From Thermoanaerobaculia bacterium (GTDB lineage Bacteria; Acidobacteriota; Thermoanaerobaculia; Multivoradales; UBA5704), in the NCBI GenBank assembly GCA_036264355.1, contig DATARD010000047.1, positions 2,763 to 66,762 on the forward strand: DNA of 64,000 bases, read 5' to 3'. This document shows positions 34,651 through 42,176 of the stretch, piece by piece. The translations under genes were made by a program, and so were the position numbers. Under the pieces are notes generated by a model. It was not told the DNA's origin and made no database searches. It saw nothing but the letters and a program-made list of their open reading frames with translations. Numbering within the stretch: the stretch's first letter is position 1; every line of letters begins with the position of its first letter.

Positions 34651-35229
34651 ATGTCTACCCCGGAACAGCCAGAGCCCGCGGTCTCCTTCGACGACTTTCT
34701 GAAAAAAGTCGAGCCGAAGCTCAAGCGCATCCTCGTTCTGTACCGGATCCCGGCGGAAGACTCCGAGGACTTGCTGCAACAGACCCTGCTGAATCTCCTC
34801 TATCAATGGGAGCGGGTCCGCGATCCCGAGTGGTGGCTTCTTGGCACTCTCAAGCGCCATTGCCTCATGTACTGGCGGACCCATCGGCGACGGATCTACT
34901 CCGCGGTGGATTCGACCATCCTGGAATGGCTCTCGGAGCCGGTCGCCCCGTCGCAGGAGCAGACCGATTTCCTCTCCGATCTGGAGAGCATGATCGGCCG
35001 CCTGCCCACGCGCTGCCGCTCGCTGTTGCAACTCCGCTTCCGTTACGGCTATGAAACGCCCGAGGTGGCGAAGCGCCTGGGCTACCGCGCTTCCAGCATC
35101 GGCAAGATCACCAACAGGTGCCTCGATGCGCTGAGCCGCGAGATGCTGCTCGAGGGCCTGGCCGAGGAAACGCCTGACACCGTCGAGGCCGACGAGGCTG
35201 AAGCCGCCCAGTGCGGCAAGGGGAAATGA
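34651..35229 (+). CDS. ECF-type RNA polymerase sigma factor.
   Basis: Sigma-70 region 2 (DSEDLLQQTLLNLLYQW) and region 4 HTH (EVAKRLGYRASSIGKITNRCLDALS). 192 aa. Confidence 0.8.
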   Translation: MSTPEQPEPAVSFDDFLKKVEPKLKRILVLYRIPAEDSEDLLQQTLLNLLYQWERVRDPEWWLLGTLKRHCLMYWRTHRRRIYSAVDSTILEWLSEPVAPSQEQTDFLSDLESMIGRLPTRCRSLLQLRFRYGYETPEVAKRLGYRASSIGKITNRCLDALSREMLLEGLAEETPDTVEADEAEAAQCGKGK

Positions 35230-36806
35230 TCGAAACCACCCATCTGTCGAGGCTCCTGCAGCGGATTGAGCATCTGGACACACCCCTGGTGCAGATCTGG
35301 GGCTGGCCGGGGAGCGGCAAGGCGGCGCTCCTCGCCGCCTTCCTCGCGGTGCACGAGGGTGAGGCCGTGGGGCTTTCAGCGGACGAGCTGAATGATTCGC
35401 TGCACAAGTCAGAGACCTTCTGGCCGAAGGCGGCGCGCTGGCTGGTGGTCCTGGGAGTCCCGGAGGACGACCGGCTGCGCCAGGTGGCCCGGCGCTTGCG
35501 GCCCGGACAGCACCTGCTCTTTGCCGGCGAGCGCCGGGCCGCCTGCCTCGACGAGCTTCCGGGGTCCATCATCGCGCCGCAGGAGCTGCTGCCGGAGCCG
35601 GGCGAGATCTCCTCCCTCTGGCACCTCCTGACCGGCGAAACGCCGAGCCCGGACGCGGTCGAGAGCCTCCACGCGGCGAGCGACGGCTGGTACCGGCCGC
35701 TGCGGCTGGCTCTCGAAGCGACCGGGGGAGGCGGCCTCGACGCGGCGACGCCGGAGCAGCTCCTCGCGATCAAACCGGTCCGTGCCTTTCTCCGTCACGA
35801 GGTGCTGGCGACTTTCCCGCCCGCCGCGCTCGACGCGCTCCTCGCCGCGCCCGCCGAGCGCGTGGACGTGGGGCTCGGCCAGGAGGGCTGGCGCCTGCTC
35901 GACGAGCGCGGCCTGTGGGTCGAAGGTGAGGAGCGCGATCGCATGCCGCGTCTGCTCACCGCCTCTCTCAGCCACGAGCGGCGGCGGCGCGGCGCGGCGG
36001 CCACCCCAGCCGCTTCATCGATCGTGGTCCAGGAGCCAGCCGCCGCACCCGTCTATGCCCTCGGCTTCCTCGGCGCCCCTTTCGCCCGGCGGCGCGACGG
36101 CGACGGCGAGCGCGATCTCGACTGCCGGCTCCGGCGCTCCTTCCAGGTGCTGGCCTACCTCGGCTCGACACCCCGTCTGGAAGCGGGCCGCGAAGAGCTC
36201 ATCGAGGCGGTGTGGCCCACCGAGGGGGACCGCACCATCGAACGCAACTTCCATCCCACCCTGAGCCATCTCCGGCGCGCCCTGGAAGCCGGACGGAAGG
36301 ACGACGCACAGCCGCTCCTCTTCCGTACCGGCGTCTACCGGCTCAATCCTGAGATGATCTGGGAGATCGACACCGTGGAGCTCGCGGCGCTGGTGGAGAA
36401 GGGGAAGAAGCTCGCCGGCCAGGGCGACCTCGAAGCGGCCGCGGCCACCTGGCGCCGCGCCTGGACCCTGTACCGCGGCCCCTTCCTGCCCGGACATTAC
36501 GAACCGTGGGTCACGGCGCGGCGCGAGTCGTATCAGCGGCAGCAGCTCGAGATGCTGCGCGAGCTGGGCGATCTCTATCTCCGCCTGCAACGCACCGAGG
36601 AAGCCATGGACGCCTACCGCTCCATCCTCGTCGAAGACCCGCTCCAGGAGCGCGTCCATGTGGCGCTCATGCAGGTCTATGGCGAGCAGGGCAGGCGTGA
36701 CATGGTACGCCGGCAGTACGACCGCCTGTGCACCCTTCTCCTCGAAGAGCTGGGCGTCGAGCCGGCTGGCGAGACCACAGACGAATATCATCGCCTCATG
36801 AGTTAG
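35226..36806 (+). CDS. Regulator with a P-loop NTPase-like N-terminus, an OmpR-type winged helix and a BTAD (SARP/AfsR-like) domain.
   Basis: Walker-A-like GWPGSGKAALLAAF. The wHTH region runs from VLAYLGSTPRLEAGREELIEAVWP to RLN, and the C-terminal BTAD/TPR-like helices follow. It overlaps the sigma-factor stop (ATGA). RBS aagggga. Confidence 0.65.
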   Translation: MIETTHLSRLLQRIEHLDTPLVQIWGWPGSGKAALLAAFLAVHEGEAVGLSADELNDSLHKSETFWPKAARWLVVLGVPEDDRLRQVARRLRPGQHLLFAGERRAACLDELPGSIIAPQELLPEPGEISSLWHLLTGETPSPDAVESLHAASDGWYRPLRLALEATGGGGLDAATPEQLLAIKPVRAFLRHEVLATFPPAALDALLAAPAERVDVGLGQEGWRLLDERGLWVEGEERDRMPRLLTASLSHERRRRGAAATPAASSIVVQEPAAAPVYALGFLGAPFARRRDGDGERDLDCRLRRSFQVLAYLGSTPRLEAGREELIEAVWPTEGDRTIERNFHPTLSHLRRALEAGRKDDAQPLLFRTGVYRLNPEMIWEIDTVELAALVEKGKKLAGQGDLEAAAATWRRAWTLYRGPFLPGHYEPWVTARRESYQRQQLEMLRELGDLYLRLQRTEEAMDAYRSILVEDPLQERVHVALMQVYGEQGRRDMVRRQYDRLCTLLLEELGVEPAGETTDEYHRLMS

Positions 36807-36836
36807 ATCGAGCTGGACCGAGCCGGAAAGGACGGG

Positions 36837-38174
36837 ATGCGCGAACGACAGGACGTGATTCTCGGCGGTGGCCTCTCGGGGATGACCGCCGCCTACACCT
36901 TGCAGCAGGCCGGGGAGCACCACTGGCAGCTCTACGAGAAGGAAGACCGGGTCGGCGGCCTCGCCCGCTCGACCGCCGTCGACGGCTACCTCTTCGACTT
37001 CGGTCCGCACATCCTCTTCACCATCGACGCCGAGATGGAGGCGCTGATCCGCGAGCTGCTGGGAGAGAACTTCCATGCCCAGGAGCGGCAGGCGTTCATC
37101 TACCATCACGCCTACGACCTCTACACCCGCTTCCCCTTCCAGGCCCACCTCCACGGTCTGCCCGTGCCGCTGGTCCGCGAGTGCCTGGTTGAGCTGGTGC
37201 GGGCGGTGCAGCGCTTCGCGCGCGGCGACTTCGCGCCGAAGAACTACGAGGAGTGGATGCGCGGCGTCTTCGGCAACGGCATCGCCGACCGGCTGATGAT
37301 CCCCTACGCGCGCAAGATCTGGACGGTCGAGCCGCACGAGATGGAATTCAGTTGGGTCGGCCGCAGGGTGCCCGAGCCGGACTTCGAGCGCATCATCGCC
37401 GGAGCCCTCTCGGGAGACGTGGACCAGGTCGGCGCGACCTCCTATTTCTGGTATCCGAAAAAGGGCGCCATCGAGCCCCTCCCGCGAGCCCTGGGAGCAA
37501 GGCTGGGCAACGTGCATCTCGGGAGGAGGGCGGAGCGCATCGAGCTGCCGCAGAAGCAGATCGTCTTCGCCGGCGGCGAGGTCGTCCCCTTCGACCACCT
37601 CCTCTTCTCGCTGCCGCTACCCTCGATCCCGAAGTTCTTCACCGGTGTCCCCCCCGAGGTCGAGCGCGCCTGCCGCCGCCTGCGCTACCAGGGGATCTAC
37701 TGCATCAACCTCGGCATCGACCGTCCCGACGTCTCGGACAAGCACTGGGTCTACTTCTACGAAGACCCGTTCCCCTTCCACCGCCTCTCCTTCCCGGCGA
37801 CCTTCAGCCCCGACACCGTGCCGCCTGGGAAAAGCTCCATCGCCACCGAGGTCGCCTTCTCGGACCGCCGGCCGCTCGACCGCGACACCGCGGTGGAGAA
37901 GACCATCGAAGGGCTCAAGCTGGCGAAGATCCTGCGGCCGGACGACCGCATCGAGCTGGTGCACACCGAAGAGATCTCGCCCGCCTACATCATCTACGAC
38001 CTCGACCACGCGCGGAACGTGTCCATCATCCGCGCCTGGCTGCACGAGCACAACATCTGGAACATCGGCCGCTTCGGGGAGTGGCAATACTTCAACATGG
38101 ACCATTCCATGCGCAGCGGCCGGACCGCGGCCCTGGAGATTCTGCGGAAGAGGCGGGAGGTGGAGCAAGAGTAG
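36837..38174 (+). CDS. FAD/NAD(P)-binding oxidoreductase (amine-oxidase / protoporphyrinogen-oxidase / UDP-galactopyranose-mutase-like fold).
   Basis: The dinucleotide-binding motif ILGGGLSGMTAAYTL is followed by LYEKEDRVGGLARS and DGYLFDFGPHILF. 445 aa. Confidence 0.65.
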   Translation: MRERQDVILGGGLSGMTAAYTLQQAGEHHWQLYEKEDRVGGLARSTAVDGYLFDFGPHILFTIDAEMEALIRELLGENFHAQERQAFIYHHAYDLYTRFPFQAHLHGLPVPLVRECLVELVRAVQRFARGDFAPKNYEEWMRGVFGNGIADRLMIPYARKIWTVEPHEMEFSWVGRRVPEPDFERIIAGALSGDVDQVGATSYFWYPKKGAIEPLPRALGARLGNVHLGRRAERIELPQKQIVFAGGEVVPFDHLLFSLPLPSIPKFFTGVPPEVERACRRLRYQGIYCINLGIDRPDVSDKHWVYFYEDPFPFHRLSFPATFSPDTVPPGKSSIATEVAFSDRRPLDRDTAVEKTIEGLKLAKILRPDDRIELVHTEEISPAYIIYDLDHARNVSIIRAWLHEHNIWNIGRFGEWQYFNMDHSMRSGRTAALEILRKRREVEQE

Positions 38175-38403
38175 CGGGTGATCCGTCAGCCTCGACGGGT
38201 CATTCGTCAGCGTTGACGGATCATTCGTCAGCGCCAACCGGTCATCCGCCAGCTCTGACGGATGACCCGTCAGCGTCAACCGCTTATCCGTCAGCCCTGA
38301 CGGATGACCCGTCAGGGTCAACCAGTGATCCGTCAGCTCTGACGAGCAGCTCGTCAGAGTCGACCTGTGATCCGTCAACCCTGACGGATGATCCGTAACG
38401 GGT
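38175..38403. repeat. REP-like array of about 11 copies of a 21-bp unit (42-bp super-period). It forms six consecutive stem-loops, e.g. ctgacgg-atgac-ccgtcag and ctgacgag-cag-ctcgtcag.
   Basis: The units match gtcatYcgtcagcNctgacggatga. The array lies exactly between convergent gene ends (38174 + stop, 38425 - stop). Track ORFs across it (37253..38398 +, 37617..38378 -) are heptad-repeat translation artefacts. Confidence 0.7.
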
Positions 38404-38424
38404 TCTTCGGGCGGTTCTCAGGTC

Positions 38425-39051
38425 TCAGGCATCACCGAGAATGGCGGCCACCGCCAGCTCGAGGTCCGGAAAGGCCAGGGAAGACACCCTGTCTCCAGAG
38501 CGGAAGGTCCGCATCTCCTGATACCCGGTCGCCGCCGGACCGCGGTGAATCTCGATGCATGCGTCCCGGAGGCGGACGAGCCAGGCTTCGGGAATCCCGG
38601 CCTGCGCATAGAGAGGGAGCTTGATGTTACGGTCGTAATCGGCACTCGAGTCAGCGACCTCAATGATGAGAAGGACGTCGGCCGGTGCGGGGAGAAGGCC
38701 TCGATAGCGGTCTTCCCGGAAACGCAGGATTGCGAGGTCGGGCTGAGGCTCCTGGCCGTCCGCGACTTGCACAGAGTTCTGCACGGACAGGTTTGCCCGG
38801 CGCCGCAGCCCCACTGAAAGCTCCTCCTGCAAGAAAATGACGCATCCGATGTGCCGGCTTCCAATAGGCCCCATCCGCACGATCTCCCCTGTGATCAGCT
38901 CTACCCTCTCATCCTCGGCGAGGACGCCGGCCTCGGCCATCGCATGGTACTCGGCGGTCGTGAACCGCCGCCTGGCCGGAACCGCCTGCGGTGTTGCGGC
39001 CGGGTCGGACAGAACGAGAGCCTCAGCGACGGAAGGATGCTCGGCAATCAT
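38425..39051 (-). CDS. Uma2-family (DUF820) putative endonuclease, second copy.
   Basis: FTTAEYHAMAEAGVL, RVELITGEIV, PDLAILRF, ADVLLIIEVADSSADYDRNIKLPLYAQAGIPEAWLVRL. The likely start is ATG 39051 (MIAEHPS). The track start at 39222 is over-extended. Confidence 0.75.
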   Translation of the reverse strand: MIAEHPSVAEALVLSDPAATPQAVPARRRFTTAEYHAMAEAGVLAEDERVELITGEIVRMGPIGSRHIGCVIFLQEELSVGLRRRANLSVQNSVQVADGQEPQPDLAILRFREDRYRGLLPAPADVLLIIEVADSSADYDRNIKLPLYAQAGIPEAWLVRLRDACIEIHRGPAATGYQEMRTFRSGDRVSSLAFPDLELAVAAILGDA

Positions 39052-39095
39052 GCTTGGATAATACCAAAGACTTCCTTGCCTGCGAGCCGACAGGT

Positions 39096-39350
39096 TCAGG
39101 CCGCCCGTTCCTCGTTCTGGATGAGAACCGTCGGCCGCTCGGCCTTCGGCGGCACCGGCAGCCCCTGCTCTTGCAGGAGCTCGACATGCTCCTTCATCCC
39201 CCATCTGGCCTGATAGAGGCAATCCTCAACGGAATGGCCGATGCCCGTGAATCCGACCAGGTCGGGAGAGTAGAACCCGAAGAAATTTGGGTCCTCGGTG
39301 GCTTCGATGACCAGAGAGTAGCCGAGATCGAGCATCGCGACTCCTTTCAC
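39096..39350 (-). CDS. hicB: HicB-family antitoxin.
   Basis: 84 aa with an RNase-H-like HicB N-domain (YSLVIEATEDPNFFGFYSPDLVGFTGIGHSVEDCLYQARWGMKEHVELL). It overlaps hicA by 4 nt. Confidence 0.75.
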   Translation of the reverse strand: MKGVAMLDLGYSLVIEATEDPNFFGFYSPDLVGFTGIGHSVEDCLYQARWGMKEHVELLQEQGLPVPPKAERPTVLIQNEERAA

Positions 39351-39538
39351 TTCCTGCGAATGCCGGCCGCCTTGAGGATGGCCTGGCAGGTGCCAACTGG
39401 AACTTCACGCGATCCGTGGAAGTCCACTCGGACCAGGGCGCCGAGACCGGGCTTGCCGTAATAGCGGACCGAGCCTTTGTGTTTGACGAGTCTCAATCCG
39501 TCGGCTTCCAGCAGCCGGACCAGCTCGCTGAACTTCAT
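39347..39538 (-). CDS. hicA: HicA-family mRNA interferase toxin.
   Basis: 63 aa: MKFSELVRLLEADGLRLVKHKGSVRYYGKP...DFHGSREVPVGTCQAILKAAGI, the canonical HicA (YcfA) dsRBD-like fold sequence. Confidence 0.8.
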   Translation of the reverse strand: MKFSELVRLLEADGLRLVKHKGSVRYYGKPGLGALVRVDFHGSREVPVGTCQAILKAAGIRRK

Positions 39539-39754
39539 CGCGTCGACCGGCCGGTTGGAGTCGTCACAGCGCGGATCGTAGCACGGCAGAACGACGGAGC
39601 CGGATCAGGTGCGCTCGCGAAGCACCTCATCGTCCAGGTTGAGAGCGGTCTGCATCGATCTGCCTCCGATGCGAACCATAGGCGTGCAATCGGCCTGCAT
39701 TGGCACGTCTTCGGTTCAGAGCCTCCATGACCTACGCCTGAAGTACAATTCGAT

Positions 39755-40921
39755 ATGCTCCAACTCCGCATCAAGCAGCAACCCTTGGGGGACGGTCGCC
39801 ACCGGGTGGACCTCGATCTCACTGGTGACGGTGCTCCGCGCGCGGCGACCTGTACGTTCCCGTTCCATCTCTCGCCGCAGGATGAAGAGGGGATGCGCTG
39901 GTATCTGGAGGATTTCCTTCAATATCCCCAGGCACCGGCGCCGATGATCGCGCGGCGGATCGAGGGGCGGATTGCGGAGATGGGGACGGAGCTGTTCAAG
40001 GCGGTGTTCCAGGCCAACAACGACGCCCGGAAGATCTGGAGTCGCGTGGAGGAGCGGCTACCGGAAACACGTATCGAGATCATCTCGGGTGTGACCGAGG
40101 CGGCCACGATTCCCTGGGAGCTGCTCCGGGAGCCAGAGGCTGACATTGTCTTGGCCCTCACCGCCCATTCGTTCGTGCGCGCACAGCCCAACACAGCCCG
40201 CGCGCCTCAGCTACCGGCCAATGAAGAAGGGAAAAAGATCCGTATCCTTCTGGTCATCTGCCGGCCGCGGGGAGCCCAGGATGTACCGTTCCGTTCGGTA
40301 GCGAGCCGGCTGATCAGGGGGCTTGGCGCGGCGAATAGAGAAGCCTATGACTTGGACGTCCTGAGGCCGCCTACCTTCGAGCAGCTTGGGCGGGTGCTCC
40401 GACAGGCGCAGATCGCGGGCCAGCCGTATCACGTGGTCCACTTCGATGGCCACGGCGCTTACATGGAGGTCAAGGAGCCTGGTGCGCTCGGAGCTCTCTT
40501 GGGACATCTCACTTCGATCGTCCTTGCCGCACCGCGCGCCGGCAAGCGCGGTTTTCTCTGGTTCGAGAACCCGCAGCTCCAAGGCAACGGCGAACTGGTG
40601 GACGGCACCTCGCTGGGCCAGTTCCTCGCGGCGACGGGGGTGCCCGTTATCATGTGCTCGCAGCAGAGCGATTGCGTCGAGCTCGTCGCCGGGCTGGACG
40701 CGCTCGACGGCGAGGCCCTGCGACTGGCCCTCCGCCACAGCATCAAGGAACGAAATCGTCGGAATCGAGCACAGCCGCGGCGACGTGTGCGTATTTGTTC
40801 GTCGAGATGTCTGTGGAGTCCGAATGAGCCCTGCCGGAAAGAGCCCGGAGCGCTGCGAGCGGCTTCCGGGTCTTCGGGACGCCTGGATGCTCCGCGACGT
40901 CAAGAGCATCCAGCTCAATGA
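39755..40921 (+). CDS. CHAT-domain (caspase-like clan CD peptidase) protein. The conserved part ends near 40745, and the ORF tail beyond that is doubtful.
   Basis: CHAT hallmarks: IPWELL motif, KIRILLVICRP, a His motif YHVVHFDGHGAY and a Cys region GVPVIMCSQQSD. After about aa 330 the translation turns Arg-rich and overlaps a better minus-strand ORF, so the true C-terminus is probably near 40745. Alternatively the gene is truncated. Confidence 0.55.
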   Translation: MLQLRIKQQPLGDGRHRVDLDLTGDGAPRAATCTFPFHLSPQDEEGMRWYLEDFLQYPQAPAPMIARRIEGRIAEMGTELFKAVFQANNDARKIWSRVEERLPETRIEIISGVTEAATIPWELLREPEADIVLALTAHSFVRAQPNTARAPQLPANEEGKKIRILLVICRPRGAQDVPFRSVASRLIRGLGAANREAYDLDVLRPPTFEQLGRVLRQAQIAGQPYHVVHFDGHGAYMEVKEPGALGALLGHLTSIVLAAPRAGKRGFLWFENPQLQGNGELVDGTSLGQFLAATGVPVIMCSQQSDCVELVAGLDALDGEALRLALRHSIKERNRRNRAQPRRRVRICSSRCLWSPNEPCRKEPGALRAASGSSGRLDAPRRQEHPAQ

Positions 40922-40988
40922 TGAGCCGACGGCGCTCATCGGAAGAGAGCGTCCGAGCTGTGTCCAGGATGGCGGTCAGCTTGTCCAT
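40743..40988 (-). CDS. Small protein resembling a putative addiction-module antidote component (TIGR02574-like).
   Basis: MDKLTAILDTARTLSSDERRRLIIELDALD fits the L..L..ER..L...L..SL pattern of that family. No toxin partner was identified. It overlaps the doubtful tail of the CHAT ORF. Confidence 0.35.
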   Translation of the reverse strand: MDKLTAILDTARTLSSDERRRLIIELDALDVAEHPGVPKTRKPLAALRALSGRAHSDSTDISTNKYAHVAAAVLDSDDFVP

Positions 40989-41065
40989 GGCTGTCTGATA
41001 TTCTAGCGCATCGCCGCAATTCGTCCAGACTGCCCCCACCCGATCCCCTGCTACAATCCCCGCCG

Positions 41066-42061
41066 ATGAGCCCACAGCCGACTCCACTCCCGCGCCCCGT
41101 CCCGCCGCCCGCCCATGATCCCGCGGCGGAGGTGGACGTGACGGTGCTCGTGCCGGTGCTGGATGAGGCGGGGACGGTGCGCGAGCTGGCGTCGCGGGTG
41201 GCGGCGGTGCTCGATGGGATTGGACGGAGCTTCGAGATCGTCTTTGTCGATGACGGCTCGCGGGATGGCACGCCGGACCGGGTGCGTGAGGCTCGCGAGG
41301 CCGATCCGCGGGTCAAGCTGGTGCGGTTGCGCCGCAACTTCGGGAAGGCGGCGGCGCTTTCGGCCGGCTTCGACCAGGCGCGCGGGCGCATCGTCATCAC
41401 CATGGACGGCGACCTTCAGGACGATCCCGAGGAGATCCCGCGGTTTCTTGAGGCGTTGGACGGCCGCGATCTGGATCTCGTGTCCGGCTGGAAGCAGCAC
41501 CGCCAGGATCCGGCTTCGAAGCGGCTGCCGTCTCTTCTGTTCAACTGGGTGACGCGGCGGGTGGCAGGCGTCGATCTCCACGACTTCAACTGCGGCTTCA
41601 AGGCGTACCGCCGCGAGGTGCTGGAGCAGATCTCGATCTATGGCGAGCTGCATCGCTACATTCCGGTGCTGGCCAGCCGCCGCGGCTTCAGCGTCGGCGA
41701 GATTCCGGTCAATCATCATCCGCGCCAGTACGGCACCAGCAAGTACGGATGGGACCGCCTCTACAAGGGGCTCCTCGATCTCATCACCGTCCTCTTCATC
41801 ACCCGCTACACCCGCCGGCCGCTCCACCTGTTCGGCGCCGTCGGGCTCAGCTTTTTGGGGCTCGGCTTCGGCATCAACCTCTATCTGGCGATCCTCTGGA
41901 TGAGCGGCGAGCATCTGTCGAACCGGCCGCTGCTCCTCTTGGGCGTCCTTCTGATGCTGCTCGGCATCCAGGTGCTGACCACCGGCCTGCTCGGCGAGAT
42001 GATCACCTTCAAGAACTTCCGGCGGCCCGACAGCTATTCGGTCAAAGAACGGCTGGAGTGA
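41066..42061 (+). CDS. GT2-family glycosyltransferase (polyprenyl-phosphate sugar transferase type, DPM1/ArnC-like) with a C-terminal membrane anchor.
   Basis: LVPVLDEAG, FEIVFVDDGSRDGT, VITMDGDLQDDPEEIP and two C-terminal TM helices. Confidence 0.8.
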   Translation: MSPQPTPLPRPVPPPAHDPAAEVDVTVLVPVLDEAGTVRELASRVAAVLDGIGRSFEIVFVDDGSRDGTPDRVREAREADPRVKLVRLRRNFGKAAALSAGFDQARGRIVITMDGDLQDDPEEIPRFLEALDGRDLDLVSGWKQHRQDPASKRLPSLLFNWVTRRVAGVDLHDFNCGFKAYRREVLEQISIYGELHRYIPVLASRRGFSVGEIPVNHHPRQYGTSKYGWDRLYKGLLDLITVLFITRYTRRPLHLFGAVGLSFLGLGFGINLYLAILWMSGEHLSNRPLLLLGVLLMLLGIQVLTTGLLGEMITFKNFRRPDSYSVKERLE

Positions 42062-42176
42062 GCTTCTGGCGCTGGAGCTGCTTTTCCTCACCCAGACGTT
42101 CCCTCGCTTCGCCGGCGACACCGCCGGGCCGTTCATCCGCGATCTGGCCCTGGGACTGGTCCGCGGCGGCGACCGG

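Noticed and set aside
37253-38398. + ORF 37253..38398 and minus ORF 37617..38378, with heptad repeats LTDDPSA
   Set aside because: Both read through the 21-bp (7-codon) REP-like array. They overlap the well-supported oxidoreductase gene, and the repeats are DNA palindromes, not a protein motif.
39713-39727. tRNA-like T-arm/CCA-like string ggttcagagcctcca
   Set aside because: No acceptor stem, D-arm or anticodon arm can be formed from the flanking sequence, so it is not a tRNA.
40211-40939. 242-aa minus ORF
   Set aside because: Antisense to the CHAT-domain gene. Only the separate small minus ORF 40743..40988 has protein-like sequence.
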